DNA of 64,000 nt, taken from positions 192,001 to 256,000 of the forward strand of contig CAVVOP010000021.1 of NCBI GenBank assembly GCA_963749915.1, read 5' to 3'. The position numbers and the translations under genes were made by a program. Every line of letters starts with the position of its first letter. The stretch's first letter is position 1. The stretch is from an uncultured cyanobacterium (GTDB lineage Bacteria; Cyanobacteriota; Cyanobacteriia; Cyanobacteriales; Cyanobacteriaceae). Below are positions 44,297 through 55,765 of the stretch, one piece after another. The notes below the pieces were generated by a model. It worked only from the letters and a program-made list of their open reading frames with translations. It searched no databases and was not told the origin of the DNA.

Positions 44297-44698
44297 ATGA
44301 CTTCTAAAATTGCCTCAACACCGACTTTAATTTCCTATCCCCCTGCCACTGTTAAACGTGGAGAAAGGGCATTAACTTGTAGTCCGTTTCAGTTAACTTT
44401 ATTTACAACCATGATTAACTGTAGCGTTGACTTAAAAGATATAACTCTACAAAGAGGACTAGAAAAAAATTACACCTTAAAACCAATTACTGAAATAAAA
44501 GTCGAAAGGGAATTAATGTGGTTAATTAAAGTGGGTATTTTACGGCGAGAAGTCGATGGACAGGGCATTACAGATAGTTTTCGTTTAACCCCTTTAGGCA
44601 GGAATATTATCGGTAAATGGCAAAAAGATTTGGGGGAAATTCCTTCCTTCCATTGGCGTGATCATCTTATAAACTGGTTTAATCGTTGGTTTGGTTAA
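44297..44698 (+). CDS. Conserved cyanobacterial protein (Npun_F0494-like)
   Basis: WLIKVGILRREVDGQGITDSFRLTPLGR. Confidence 0.75.
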   Translation: MTSKIASTPTLISYPPATVKRGERALTCSPFQLTLFTTMINCSVDLKDITLQRGLEKNYTLKPITEIKVERELMWLIKVGILRREVDGQGITDSFRLTPLGRNIIGKWQKDLGEIPSFHWRDHLINWFNRWFG

Positions 44699-44801
44699 CA
44701 ATTAGTAATGAGTTATTAGACAATAAATTGTTAATTTATCTTACCCCAAGCCTATTTCCCATCCTCATCAAAATACTTTATTATCGTTAGCTAAAATATA
44801 A

Positions 44802-46295
44802 ATGAAAGCAATTATGGTAGTGGGTACCACATCCCACGCAGGAAAATCATCCCTTGTCACCGCTTTATGCCGTTTACTATGGCGTCAAGGTTGGTTAGTC
44901 GCTCCTTTTAAGGGGCAAAATATGGCGTTGAATGCCTATGTAACACCTACGGGAGGTGAAATTGGTTATTCCCAAGCACTACAAGCATGGGGGGCAAAAA
45001 CTATTCCGAAGGTGGAAATGAATCCGATTTTACTCAAGCCTCAAGGTAATATGACTTCTCAACTAATTATAAAAGGGGAAGTAGTTGGTGTCACCAATGC
45101 GAAAGAATACTATCAAAATTATTTTGAGCGCGGTTGGGAAGCTATCAAAGAAAGTTTAGATATTCTGGCACAAGATTTTGATTTAGTGGTCTGTGAAGGA
45201 GCTGGTAGTCCTGCGGAAATAAATCTCAAACATCGTGATTTAACTAATATGCGGGTAGCTAAACATCTCAACGCCCCTACTATTTTAGTGGCAGATATTG
45301 AAAGAGGAGGGGTTTTCGCTCATATTGTCGGTACTCTAGCACTATTAGATCCCGATGAGCGATCTTTAATTAGGGGTATCGTAATCAATAAATTTCGGGG
45401 CGATCAAAGTATTTTAGATCCAGGGATAGAATGGTTACAGGACTACACCAAAATCCCCGTCTTAGGTGTCATTCCTTGGTTTGACTTTGCTTTGCCCTCG
45501 GAAGATTCCCTTGGATTACTCGATCGACCTAGCAAAAAGAAAAATTATGAATTAAAAATTAATATTATCAAATTGCCCCATATTTCTAATTTTACCGATT
45601 TTGATCCCCTTGAAGCTGAAGATAGCCTACTAATTGAATATATCGAACCCCATGAAACCCTTGGTTATCCAGATGCTTTAATTATACCCGGTACAAAAAC
45701 GACGATCGCCGATTTGAAGATTCTTGAACAAAGAGGAATGATGTCGCAAATCAGAGAGTATGCAAAATCAGGAGGTACTATTTTAGGTATTTGTGGGGGT
45801 TTTCAAATGTTAGGACATCAAATATTAGATCCAGAATATCTTGAAGGATTAGAGATAACTTGTCAGGGATTGGACTTATTACCGATGCAAACCACATTGA
45901 AACCGGAAAAAATTACCCGTCAAAGAGAAGTCGCCGCCAACTACCCCCAAAAAGATCTACCCGTAGATGGTTACGAAATCCATCAAGGATATACAGAATT
46001 AATTCCTGCCTTAAGTAAACTGCGCAAAATTCGTTACTTTCCTTTATTCGATGATGCTACCCTGGGCTTAGTTAATGAGACACAATCAATCTGGGGTTGT
46101 TACCTTCATGGTATTTTCGATAATGGTCCATGGCGCCGAGCATGGTTAAATAATTTAAGACAAAAACGGGGTTTACCATCATTACCCACAGGCATCTGTA
46201 ACTATCGCCAACAAAGAGAAGAATTACTGGATTCTTTAACCGATTTAGTGGAAAAACATCTAAATTTAGATCCAATTTTCGGCGTTGATTTTTGA
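44802..46295 (+). CDS. cobQ: Cobyric acid synthase
   Basis: GTTSHAGKS, PFKGQNMALN, EGAGSPAEINL, GICGGFQMLG, YLHG. Confidence 0.95.
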   Translation: MKAIMVVGTTSHAGKSSLVTALCRLLWRQGWLVAPFKGQNMALNAYVTPTGGEIGYSQALQAWGAKTIPKVEMNPILLKPQGNMTSQLIIKGEVVGVTNAKEYYQNYFERGWEAIKESLDILAQDFDLVVCEGAGSPAEINLKHRDLTNMRVAKHLNAPTILVADIERGGVFAHIVGTLALLDPDERSLIRGIVINKFRGDQSILDPGIEWLQDYTKIPVLGVIPWFDFALPSEDSLGLLDRPSKKKNYELKINIIKLPHISNFTDFDPLEAEDSLLIEYIEPHETLGYPDALIIPGTKTTIADLKILEQRGMMSQIREYAKSGGTILGICGGFQMLGHQILDPEYLEGLEITCQGLDLLPMQTTLKPEKITRQREVAANYPQKDLPVDGYEIHQGYTELIPALSKLRKIRYFPLFDDATLGLVNETQSIWGCYLHGIFDNGPWRRAWLNNLRQKRGLPSLPTGICNYRQQREELLDSLTDLVEKHLNLDPIFGVDF

Positions 46296-46365
46296 TAATT
46301 ATGAAGAAATATTACAAAATTTAGGTTTTTATGGCATAGTGCAAAAAAAAGATATACATTAGTTA

Positions 46366-46757
46366 CTAGGTACAAAAAGGGAAAGAAACACCCTTTACCG
46401 AAGTGAGATTGGAGTCTGTACCCCCTGCTCTGGTCATGTTTATTAACTGGTCTTTTGTTGAGGCTGTGACTTCTGAGATAATTTGGCTCAACTTTTGTGG
46501 TTGCAGTGTAGATTAAAATCAAAGGAAGAGGTGTTTTTAGAGTTTAAAGTAGTAGGTTGCTACTTGTTCGAGTTCCGTTCGTTGAGTTAAATTTCGGAAT
46601 GTGATCTGTGAATGCTCGAGGCCCTGCCAAGAAAAGATGAGATTAGATTAGTAAATGTTTGTTAACCCATAGTAACTCAAGTTTTTTGAGATAGATTTTT
46701 TGGATCCTAATTCATCGAGTATAAAATGACCCACCTAGTTTCTATGGTGGGTTTAAA
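46366..46757 (+). ncRNA. Candidate long small RNA
   Basis: ~390-nt stretch with no credible ORF, a TACATT -10-like box just upstream and a terminator ACCCACC-N10-GGTGGGTTT; family not identified. Confidence 0.35.
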
Positions 46758-46787
46758 TTTTTGGCAGTAAATATTATAGTTAATGAT

Positions 46788-46912
46788 TAGACCTCTTGCA
46801 AAAGTCAAAAAATCTGGTCGTCAGAGAAGTCAGGAGTCAGGAGTCAGAAAGGCTTTTCCAATCCAAAATCCAAAATTACCTAACCGAGAAATCTATTTTT
46901 GCAAGAGGTCTA
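46788..46912. mobile_element. MITE with perfect terminal inverted repeats
   Basis: TAGACCTCTTGCAAAA ... TTTTGCAAGAGGTCTA with internal GGAGTCA and ATCCAAA heptamers. Confidence 0.85.
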
Positions 46913-46921
46913 TTAGTTGCT

Positions 46922-48055
46922 TTAAGTCTGTTTCATTAGGGAAGCCGTTACAAAAGGACTTAAGGTTAAAATTAATAACATTCTCGTCATTTGCATGGTT
47001 AATACAAAGCCAGAATTTCCCCCTAATTCGATTACCGTGGCCATCATCGCACTTAGCCCTCCCGGACTTGACCCTAATAAGGCTGTTAAGGTGTCAACTT
47101 TCGTTACTAAATGAAACCAATATCCAACTATAAGACAACTAGTAATTAACAATAGCACCAAGCCTATTTCCAATAATACTGCTTTTAATAATTTTTGCAG
47201 ATTTTGGATTTCAAATTTAGCGCCGATGGATAATCCCAATAACAGTAAACCCCCTCGAAAAATAGGCATCGGGAGAGTAATTTCGTAAGGGAAAAAACGA
47301 AATAAGAGTAAACAACTAAAAAAAGGGGCTAAAAATAAGTTTGAGGGTAATTTGATAATTTTACCGATGTGAATGCTCAAAAATACACATAGGGCTATGA
47401 TGCTTAAATTTATGGGGAGGGGTAGAGAAGTTAATAAATAATGATGACTTTGAGAGGTTATATTAACGGAAATTGAACTGGTTTGTATAAAATAAAAATT
47501 AGTGATAATTGGCACAATTACAGATACCATTAAGATTCGCAAATATTGTAATACGGCTACGACGATCGCATCAGCCCCCATCTCTTCACTCATAGCCACC
47601 AAACTATGCCCTGCACCAGGAATACAGCCCAAAAAACTACTGGGTAAATCAAGGTCAGCAAATTTATGGATTAAATAACCGTTAAATAAACTAAAACTAG
47701 CGGTGATGACTATACAAATTAGTAACGGCAAAAAATAATCCTGTGCCGTTGTTAAAGTTTCAAAGGAAAAACGACTGGCGGAAAAAATCGCAATGATGAC
47801 CTGTCCAGTAACACTAAAAGATTTCGGTAAAGATTTAGCTTCTCCTTTAATGAGGGTACAAAATATAGCCACTATCAGAGGAATTAATAGCCAAGGAATA
47901 GGACAGTTAAGGCGATCGCCAATAAAAGTAAAAACAATAGCTAAGAGAAAAAGCAAACTAATTTGAACAAAATTCCCGTAACTAAAAGCAGATAGGGATT
48001 GTGCAAAAAGTGTTTTGGTGAAGGTAGGGAATGGGCAATGGGAAATTATTTTCAA
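46922..48055 (-). CDS. AbrB-family membrane protein
   Basis: Duplicated PG(A/G)...GA(D/N)...Q..R motif; multiple TM helices. Confidence 0.85.
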   Translation of the reverse strand: MKIISHCPFPTFTKTLFAQSLSAFSYGNFVQISLLFLLAIVFTFIGDRLNCPIPWLLIPLIVAIFCTLIKGEAKSLPKSFSVTGQVIIAIFSASRFSFETLTTAQDYFLPLLICIVITASFSLFNGYLIHKFADLDLPSSFLGCIPGAGHSLVAMSEEMGADAIVVAVLQYLRILMVSVIVPIITNFYFIQTSSISVNITSQSHHYLLTSLPLPINLSIIALCVFLSIHIGKIIKLPSNLFLAPFFSCLLLFRFFPYEITLPMPIFRGGLLLLGLSIGAKFEIQNLQKLLKAVLLEIGLVLLLITSCLIVGYWFHLVTKVDTLTALLGSSPGGLSAMMATVIELGGNSGFVLTMQMTRMLLILTLSPFVTASLMKQT

Positions 48056-48155
48056 CTTTTTTATCTAAATAATCATATTATACAGCCCATTTTTAGTTAA
48101 AAATCTTATTTTTTGCTGAATGCTTAATTGTTAATTGTTAATTGTACATTGATGA

Positions 48156-48668
48156 TTAGATGGAAACTTCGCTCAATTCACGGGTAAGATGATCGAAAGG
48201 TGTATCCACACAATCAACATTATCGATACCAGCTTGTAAAGCCATTTCTCGGATCATTTCCTTCATGATTTGAATACCCCGTACAGTGGGGGCAATAGGT
48301 ACACAAAGAGAATTATAAGTTTCCCTTAAACCCTGTAAAACTCGCTCATCTAATACAGTATTATCACCAGCCACTAAAGCGTAACTAGCATAACGAAGGT
48401 AATAATCCATATCTCTTAAACAAGCGGAATAACGGCGAGTAGTGTAAGCATTTCCACCGGCACGAATTAATTCTGGTACTTCTTCGAATAATTGTCTTCC
48501 GGCATTTTTTACTAACTCAGGGGAATTAGCGTTGATAATGGAAGCAATCTGAAGTCTAGTTGTACCTGATTGATAATAAGATTTTATGGAATCCATAGCG
48601 TCACGATCTAAATAACGACCAGAGACATCATAATTTTTAATTAAATTAGTTACAGCATCTAGTAACAT
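48156..48668 (-). CDS. apcF: Allophycocyanin beta-18 subunit
   Basis: DAVTNLIKNYDVSGRYLD, GGNAYTTRRYSACLRD; second Met taken as start. Confidence 0.92.
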   Translation of the reverse strand: MLLDAVTNLIKNYDVSGRYLDRDAMDSIKSYYQSGTTRLQIASIINANSPELVKNAGRQLFEEVPELIRAGGNAYTTRRYSACLRDMDYYLRYASYALVAGDNTVLDERVLQGLRETYNSLCVPIAPTVRGIQIMKEMIREMALQAGIDNVDCVDTPFDHLTRELSEVSI

Positions 48669-48946
48669 TTTTTTTCTCCCAAACAAAATTTTTATGAGTA
48701 ACTTAAAGAGTTATTTATGATCTTAATATGATCTTGCAATCCCAGCCAATGACAAAGGTATCAAGATTTAGGGTTATTCGCGGATATAATCAGTAATCAC
48801 TTTTAGGGAAAACACTACTGCTTAACTGTCCAAAGGAAAAGACGGCTTTCCTATACAATAAAGATTATAAACTGCGAAACTATTATCTTATTTCTTAACG
48901 TCTCTTGATAAGAAAAGTATAAAATCTTTACATCTTTTATAAGGTT

Positions 48947-50116
48947 ATGAATATCCATAAATCTATTCGTCAATTTTCCTCCTATCTAATCGCCCTATTT
49001 ATAGTGGTTGTAATCGCTTTTAGTGGCATTAGTCAACTAACGGCCGAGGCTCAAGTTAGTGATGGGAATATAGTAGCTCAAGTACCCGTTAATCTCACTG
49101 CTGATAGTTTTGTCGCCCGGGCGGTGGAAAAAACAGGGGATTCAGTGGTAAGGATTGATACGGAAACAGTCATTACTCAATCAATAGATCCTATTTTTGA
49201 AGATCCTTTTTTCCGCCAATTTTTTGGGGATCAATTTCGTAACCGTATGCCTCAGGAAAGGAGAGTTACAGGTTTAGGTTCAGGTTTTATCGTTGATAGC
49301 CAAGGTATTATTCTTACTAATGCCCATGTGGTTAGTGGTGCCGATAAAGTAACTGTTACTCTCAAAGACGGTCGTACTTTTCAAGGAGAAGTCAAAGGTA
49401 CTGATCAAATCACTGATTTAGCCGTAGTTAAAATTAATTCTCAAGGGCAAAATTTACCTGTTGCCACCCTCGGCGATTCTTCTCAAATAAAAGTAGGTGA
49501 TTGGGCGATCGCTGTAGGTAATCCCATTGGGTTGGATAATACCGTCACATTAGGAATTGTTAGTACCCTTAACCGTCCTTCCTCCCAAGTGGGCATTTTA
49601 GATAAAAGAATTGACTTCATTCAAACCGATGCCGCCATTAATCCAGGTAATTCTGGAGGACCACTTTTAAATGCTCAAGGAGAAGTAATCGGTATTAATA
49701 CCGCTATCCGTGCCGATGCAATGGGCATTGGTTTCGCTATCCCTATTAATAGAGCAAAAGAATTAGAAACAACTTTAGTAGCGGGGAAAGAAGTACCCCA
49801 TCCTTATGTTGGGATTCAAATGGTCAAAGTTACCCCCGAATTAGCTAGAGAAAATAACCGAGATCCTAATACTAACTTTTCTATTCCTGAACTAGAGGGG
49901 GTTTTAGTCGTCAGAGTCTTACCGGATAGTCCTGCGGAAGCTGGTGGTATTCGCCGGGGTGATGTCATCGTCAAAGTTAATAATCAACCCATTAAAGATG
50001 CCAACCAATTACAAAAATTAGTGGAAACTACTGGTATCAACCAAAATCTAAAATTTGCCATCGTGCGTGGCGATCAAAAGTTAGATTTGAATATCAAAAC
50101 TGCTCAAATGCGATAA
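48947..50116 (+). CDS. HtrA/Deg serine protease with one PDZ domain (HhoA-like)
   Basis: TNAHVV, DLAVVK, GNSGGPL, PDZ. Confidence 0.92.
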   Translation: MNIHKSIRQFSSYLIALFIVVVIAFSGISQLTAEAQVSDGNIVAQVPVNLTADSFVARAVEKTGDSVVRIDTETVITQSIDPIFEDPFFRQFFGDQFRNRMPQERRVTGLGSGFIVDSQGIILTNAHVVSGADKVTVTLKDGRTFQGEVKGTDQITDLAVVKINSQGQNLPVATLGDSSQIKVGDWAIAVGNPIGLDNTVTLGIVSTLNRPSSQVGILDKRIDFIQTDAAINPGNSGGPLLNAQGEVIGINTAIRADAMGIGFAIPINRAKELETTLVAGKEVPHPYVGIQMVKVTPELARENNRDPNTNFSIPELEGVLVVRVLPDSPAEAGGIRRGDVIVKVNNQPIKDANQLQKLVETTGINQNLKFAIVRGDQKLDLNIKTAQMR

Positions 50117-50184
50117 CCTTTAAATTATTAGGAGTAACTTTCAACTACTCCTAAATCTTCAATTTACTGTTAACTATCGACTAT

Positions 50185-51936
50185 TTACAACTTTTCTTTG
50201 TTAACTCTAATTAATTTATATGCCCCTTTTTCTGAAACTAATTGATAGTTAGTTTTTTGTAACCCACTATTTTGTAAATAGTTTGATTCAGCCAAAATTA
50301 AGATACTATTACCTCCACTTTCATTTTTTTGTAAATAAGTTTTCATTTCATTAGTATCATAAACAAATTGAACAGGATTTTCACTATAATAAACTATGCT
50401 ATAACGAGTAAATCCCATTAAAAATATTTCTTCATCGGGTTGAATTTCGGTTTTAATCTGTGTTGACAATTCTCGAAAAGATTGCTGTCTTTCTTTGTCT
50501 AAAAGGGGGATTAAAGGAGGAAAAACAAAGGTGACAAATGCAAAAAATGCCACGAAATTGGCACTCCAAAACCAACGATTTAAAGATTTTTTAAACAGTA
50601 AAAATAGTCCTATTAATATTCCTAATCCCCATGACACGGCAGAAATTATTGGTATGCCTGATTCTACTAAATTACTGGCTAATGTTGGTGCGGAAGGATC
50701 CCCTCCCACTAATTTACCACTAATGGCCGATGCGACTGCCAAAACCGCAAGAATAACGACATTAACCATGGTGGTGAGAAGAAATAGCCAATTATTCCGT
50801 TTTTGTGGTTGCCGTTGAGCGAATTTATCCCCCCAAAACAAGGCAATGATGATGACGACGGCGGGGGTAATTGGGAGAATATAACCCGGAAGTTTTGTGG
50901 CGGCGGCAGAGAAAAACACAAAGGTAGTAATAAACCATGCAAGGGCAAACAAACCTAACTGAGAATTACGGGGAGATTTTTTCACTTTTCGCCACTGCCA
51001 AAAAGATAGATTCGCAACCCCTAGGGGAAAATACACCGACCAAGGTAACATTAAGACAGTACCCCAGATAATATAATAATACCAAGGACCGGGATGATTG
51101 AAAACCACATTAGTAAAACGCTTAAAGTTACTAACCGCTAAAAATTCATTAATAAATATTTCCCCGTCAATAATGGTAGCAGCGATATACCAAGGTAATG
51201 CAAAGGCTAAAAAGAGAAGAGTAGTGCGAAGGGGGTTGATTTCTTGGAAAATTTCCCAAAATTTGCCGACATATAACAAAAAACTGCCAATTCCCAGTAT
51301 CGGTAAAATTACTCCGATAGGTCCTTTTACTAACACGGCGATTGCCATTAAAATGGGAAAGAGACAATAGCACAACCTCTGAAATTTTCGGTTTTCCGGT
51401 TGTGCATAGCCAAGAAAAAACACCAACATCGCCAAAGCAATGGCGGAGGATAGTAACATATCGGATACTGCCACCCTTCCCCAAGCAATCCAAGCAGGAT
51501 TCAACGCCATAATACCGCCGCCAATCCATGCTGTTATCCATAACTGCCAAGAATTATTATGGGGTTTCTTCTGGCTAAAACCAAAGTAACGGAGGGTATA
51601 AAATACTAAAAATACCACAGCGATGGCACTTAAAGCCACGGGAAACCTAGCGGCCCATTCTGTAACACCAAATATTTTGAAACTAAGTGCTAAAAACCAA
51701 TAACCCCCGGCAGGATAGGAATAAAAATAATTGTCATTCCAATGAGGGCTAATCCAATTATTACTTAAAACCATTTGCCGAGACACTTCTACATATAAGG
51801 CCTCGGTTTTATCGATTAAGCCAATATTACCGAGATTCCCCAAAAAGGCAACCCAACTTAGTAAAAATAAGCCAACCATGGAAATAATCCATAATTTTGT
51901 TGATTGTTTTTGCCACAACTCACCATTAAATTGCAC
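50185..51936 (-). CDS. ArnT/PMT-family (GT-C) glycosyltransferase
   Basis: DKTEALY, EWAARFP, KGPIG, HPGPWYYY, TKLPGYILP. Confidence 0.88.
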   Translation of the reverse strand: MQFNGELWQKQSTKLWIISMVGLFLLSWVAFLGNLGNIGLIDKTEALYVEVSRQMVLSNNWISPHWNDNYFYSYPAGGYWFLALSFKIFGVTEWAARFPVALSAIAVVFLVFYTLRYFGFSQKKPHNNSWQLWITAWIGGGIMALNPAWIAWGRVAVSDMLLSSAIALAMLVFFLGYAQPENRKFQRLCYCLFPILMAIAVLVKGPIGVILPILGIGSFLLYVGKFWEIFQEINPLRTTLLFLAFALPWYIAATIIDGEIFINEFLAVSNFKRFTNVVFNHPGPWYYYIIWGTVLMLPWSVYFPLGVANLSFWQWRKVKKSPRNSQLGLFALAWFITTFVFFSAAATKLPGYILPITPAVVIIIALFWGDKFAQRQPQKRNNWLFLLTTMVNVVILAVLAVASAISGKLVGGDPSAPTLASNLVESGIPIISAVSWGLGILIGLFLLFKKSLNRWFWSANFVAFFAFVTFVFPPLIPLLDKERQQSFRELSTQIKTEIQPDEEIFLMGFTRYSIVYYSENPVQFVYDTNEMKTYLQKNESGGNSILILAESNYLQNSGLQKTNYQLVSEKGAYKLIRVNKEKL

Positions 51937-51968
51937 AAATTTTTCTCCTTATCAATAAAAGTTAATAG

Positions 51969-51996
51969 TTGATACTTGATACTTGATACTTGATAG
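51969..51996. repeat. STRR-type heptamer tandem repeat (TTGATAC)
   Basis: Four tandem units. Confidence 0.75.
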
Positions 51997-52034
51997 TGGG
52001 GACTTAATACTTGATAATTAATAATTACTCATTG

Positions 52035-52712
52035 TTAATTATTAATTGTTCGTTGTTCATTGTTTTTACTGCTTTTTAACAAAGTAATAGCTATACTAAA
52101 CATAATATATCCGATAGAATAAGAAGCCAAAATATCTGTAACCCAATGGACTCTTAAATAAGCACTACTAATACCCATTAAAATGATTAAAAAAGTGGGA
52201 ATGGAGTAAAAATAAACCTTAAATTTCGGAAAAGATTGAGAGAAAATATAGGCTAATAAAAAATATAATAATAAATTACCAGAAGCATGACCACTAGGGA
52301 AACTATATCCAAAAGCATTTTCCACTAGGGGATGATCTGGACGAGGAATAGCAAAAAAAGGTTTAAGAATTTTATCAATTAAAATCAAAATAGATAGAGT
52401 GGATAAAGCCATAACTTGTGCCTCTTCCCAGTATTTTTTCCACACCAAAAAACCTAAGCTAAATAACACGATAAATACTGCAACTTCCGCTTCTCCCACA
52501 AAATAAGAAGTCTTAGCAATATAAAGAAACCAAGTAGGTAAAATGGTGTGAATTTTGGTTAATAAATTATCATCAAATACCTTTAGTTTTCCTGTCGCGA
52601 CCAAATTACTTAAAATGATAAAAAATGATAATGCCAAACTAGAAAAAAAGAGATTAATTTTATTTATATAATTTAAAAAGTTTTTTGGCTTTAATAAATA
52701 TTTAATTTTCAT
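52035..52712 (-). CDS. PAP2-family phosphatase
   Basis: KPFFAIPRP, SFPSGH, YLRVHWVTD. Confidence 0.9.
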   Translation of the reverse strand: MKIKYLLKPKNFLNYINKINLFFSSLALSFFIILSNLVATGKLKVFDDNLLTKIHTILPTWFLYIAKTSYFVGEAEVAVFIVLFSLGFLVWKKYWEEAQVMALSTLSILILIDKILKPFFAIPRPDHPLVENAFGYSFPSGHASGNLLLYFLLAYIFSQSFPKFKVYFYSIPTFLIILMGISSAYLRVHWVTDILASYSIGYIMFSIAITLLKSSKNNEQRTINN

Positions 52713-52870
52713 TGATGTTTAATTAAAGGTGCTTTTTCGACCAAAATCAATGATTATTCATGATTAATTGTCAGTGTCAAATAATAACATAAAACCTGAA
52801 ATTATGCACATATTAATTTAGGGTTGCTGAATAAGTTTTTGATGAAGTTATTATCATATTGCTTACTGAA

Positions 52871-53422
52871 TCAGGGCGAGTATAAAAAATTGAAGAGAAA
52901 CATCCCTAGAGTGAAACTAATGGTGGCTAAGATAAAAATTAGAAAAAATATTTGCCAACTTTTCAACTTTGACTTTTGCAAATCTAGACGAAATAAAATA
53001 GTAGCAGAGGTAATAACTAATAAATATGCAAAATAATCAAAACTACAAAAAAGAAAAATTAATGCTATTGACCAAAATAAAATAGCAATAAAAGCCTTGA
53101 CATCAGAATCAAGACTCTTCTCAAAGACTAAAGTAATCAAAGCAATGGGAGTAGTTAAAAGGAGAGAAATTAAGATAATTACTGAGAATGCTAATATTTT
53201 AGTCACCCACAACACTATATCTTCCTCAATTACTATATCAAGAGAGAGACTTTGTTCCCGTAACATTTTAGCCGAATTTTGTAAATCATCCGAGATTGAC
53301 CATCCCAAAACAGTATAAGTACAGAGAAAAATACTGAGAGAAAGTAAAAGATTTTTGTCTAGCCAAGAAGTGTCTTTTCCAGGATTATTAAAGGAGTTTT
53401 TACTTGGCATATTAATAGACAA
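52871..53422 (-). CDS. Hypothetical membrane protein
   Basis: Multiple hydrophobic segments; co-oriented with neighbouring genes. Confidence 0.6.
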   Translation of the reverse strand: MSINMPSKNSFNNPGKDTSWLDKNLLLSLSIFLCTYTVLGWSISDDLQNSAKMLREQSLSLDIVIEEDIVLWVTKILAFSVIILISLLLTTPIALITLVFEKSLDSDVKAFIAILFWSIALIFLFCSFDYFAYLLVITSATILFRLDLQKSKLKSWQIFFLIFILATISFTLGMFLFNFLYSP

Positions 53423-53526
53423 TTAGCGAATAAAAATTAGCAATTAACAACTAGTAAAATCTTAAAAACTATCAAATAATTAACAATCAACAATCAACTA
53501 AATTTATCTTGAAAAACGAGTAAAAT

Positions 53527-54012
53527 TCAGGACATAAATTGAACCATATAATCAAAATAAGGAGCAGTTTCTGCCGCTTCATCTTTAGTGAGTAAGCCTA
53601 AAGATGCTTCCTTGAGGCAACGAATAGATTCTACCATTCCGCCTAAAGGTACCCCAAGGGAGTTATACATCTCTTTAACCCCAATTAAACCAATGCTCTC
53701 AATAGGTTCTTTATCCCCTGATAAAATGCCATAAGTAGCTAAACGTAAGTACCAGCTAAAGTCTCTTAAACACTGATTATACTGCTTTTGCCCTGCGGCA
53801 TTACCACCGGAGGCTCTGAAATCGGGGCGCTTTCTAAATAACTCTCGACTGGCTTGTTCCACGATTTTTTTCTCGTTTTCCGCCAAAGTTTCGGCAATTT
53901 TTAATCTTTGTAACCCTGAGTCCAAAAAAGACTTAATCCCTTGTAATTCGCCACTGCTGGGGTAGCGTAATTCATCATCTGCTCTGAGAATAACTTGACT
54001 AACTATGCTCAT
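53527..54012 (-). CDS. apcD: Allophycocyanin-B alpha subunit
   Basis: [35 protein letters not shown]. Confidence 0.95.
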   Translation of the reverse strand: MSIVSQVILRADDELRYPSSGELQGIKSFLDSGLQRLKIAETLAENEKKIVEQASRELFRKRPDFRASGGNAAGQKQYNQCLRDFSWYLRLATYGILSGDKEPIESIGLIGVKEMYNSLGVPLGGMVESIRCLKEASLGLLTKDEAAETAPYFDYMVQFMS

Positions 54013-54208
54013 TTTATTAACGAGTATTATTTTATATGATTAGTTTAACGTGACATTAGCACTCATTTATTGCCTACAGTTTATCATAAAAACTGCTAAT
54101 TTTTTAGGGATAAAAGTACAAATTATCGGAGGGATGTTTATTTTATTTAACTTTCTGTCTGAGGGTAAAATGGAAAAGTTTTTAAAAAAAAATCATAAAT
54201 CTTAACAT

Positions 54209-54622
54209 TCAAAATAATTGCCATACTCCTCGACAAAACTCCTTTAGTTTATCTCTGACTTCTTCCGCCGGTAAACATCTACCTTCTAATTGCCAATCAT
54301 CAACGGTGGAAAGTCTCCATACTTCTCCCGTGTGATTAAATCCGGTAGTTTCTATACCTATCAAGCCATGTTGATTTTCGACTAAATCATGATGGAATCT
54401 AATTTGTACTAAAATACTTCTACTTTGAATTTTACGACTCCATCCGGGAAAATGAAACCCAATGTCAATGGAGTCAGGATCAACCAAATCAATGGTATCA
54501 GGATCATTGTGCCAAGGTTGAAGGTCTCCTTTAGCGTCGGGGAAATACTGTTTAAACAAATTGACTATAGAAGCTATTTTACTGGTAATTTCTAATCCAT
54601 TTGCTTGTTCAGATGCGTTCAT
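54209..54622 (-). CDS. Conserved cyanobacterial hypothetical protein
   Basis: DPDSIDIGFHFPGWS motif. Confidence 0.7.
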   Translation of the reverse strand: MNASEQANGLEITSKIASIVNLFKQYFPDAKGDLQPWHNDPDTIDLVDPDSIDIGFHFPGWSRKIQSRSILVQIRFHHDLVENQHGLIGIETTGFNHTGEVWRLSTVDDWQLEGRCLPAEEVRDKLKEFCRGVWQLF

Positions 54623-54768
54623 AGACTAATTTCTTTATAGTTAGATTTTCCTTGAAGATAAGATTACAGTATTGTAAAAGTTTGCCTCATAAAGTTAAAA
54701 GTGTACAAATGGGAGGAGAAACCTCTCCCCTACACTCTGAAATACCAGTCTGGCTTCTATCAGCAATT

Positions 54769-55209
54769 TTAAACCGAACTCACATGATTTAAAAGTAAGG
54801 CTTGTTGTTGCATTTTTTTGAAAATATTAATAAAACCGTTGGCACGAGACGGAGTTAAACTTACTTGTAAACCGGTTTCCTCAATAAAATCAGGAGTTAA
54901 AGTAATAATTTCCATGGGAGTTAATCCGCTTAAACCTTCAATGAGAAAAGCGACTAATCCTTTAACCAATTGTGCGTCGGAATCACCTTGGTAAAATACT
55001 TTATCTCCGTCTAATTTAGAGGTGATATAAACCTGAGAAACACACCCGGATACTTTATTTTCTTCGGTTTTGCCCTCTTCCGGCATAGGGGCTAGTTTTT
55101 TGGCATACCATAATAACTGCTCATATTTTTGTTTCGGATTATCACGACGTTTGAATTTTTCCACTATTTTGTCGAGGCTTTGGGGTCTAGGGTCAGAATT
55201 AGATACCAT
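54769..55209 (-). CDS. sufE: SufE cysteine desulfuration protein
   Basis: VSGCVSQVY, DSDAQLVKGL, LTPSRANG. Confidence 0.93.
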   Translation of the reverse strand: MVSNSDPRPQSLDKIVEKFKRRDNPKQKYEQLLWYAKKLAPMPEEGKTEENKVSGCVSQVYITSKLDGDKVFYQGDSDAQLVKGLVAFLIEGLSGLTPMEIITLTPDFIEETGLQVSLTPSRANGFINIFKKMQQQALLLNHVSSV

Positions 55210-55292
55210 AGAATTAATAATAATAATATGAACATTGTGTGACTGCTTCTCGTCTATTCTAATTAATAATCTAGATCCAAAGTTTATTAATC

Positions 55293-55721
55293 ATGTTTTT
55301 TAATTTTATCTCTTCTTTTAAATCTCTTTCCTTTTGGGGCATAATGGCCACCACACTTATTTTAAATCTAATACCCTTAAATTCTTTTGCCCAAATCCCT
55401 AACAATCAGGAAATAAAAGGCACAACAGGAGGAAACAAGAATAGTGGTGATTGCGGTTATATTAATAATCAGCCCAATCATGTTATTAATTTAAGGGAAC
55501 AAGTATATTCATTAAATATTGTGGTTGAAACTAATCAAGGAAAACCAACCCTTTTAATCCTAGGACCGGGGGATAGCGATCGCTTTTGTATTCTTGGTGA
55601 AGCCAGTCCGGGTAAATATCCCCAAATGGGGGGAGTATGGGCGGCGGGAAAATACTTAATTTATGTAGGGGATGCCCAGGGAAATCAAAATCCTTTTACG
55701 ATGAAAATTACGGCTAATTGA
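55293..55721 (+). CDS. Hypothetical exported protein
   Basis: Signal-peptide-like N-terminus; CG...PNH...C...GKYLIYVG. Confidence 0.65.
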   Translation: MFFNFISSFKSLSFWGIMATTLILNLIPLNSFAQIPNNQEIKGTTGGNKNSGDCGYINNQPNHVINLREQVYSLNIVVETNQGKPTLLILGPGDSDRFCILGEASPGKYPQMGGVWAAGKYLIYVGDAQGNQNPFTMKITAN

Positions 55722-55765
55722 AACTTCTACCTATTATTGAATAATAACCTAGGCTCGTATTTTAT

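Noticed and set aside
46202..46522. 106-aa minus-strand ORF
   Set aside because: Overlaps the cobQ 3' end, has a weak start and no recognisable features
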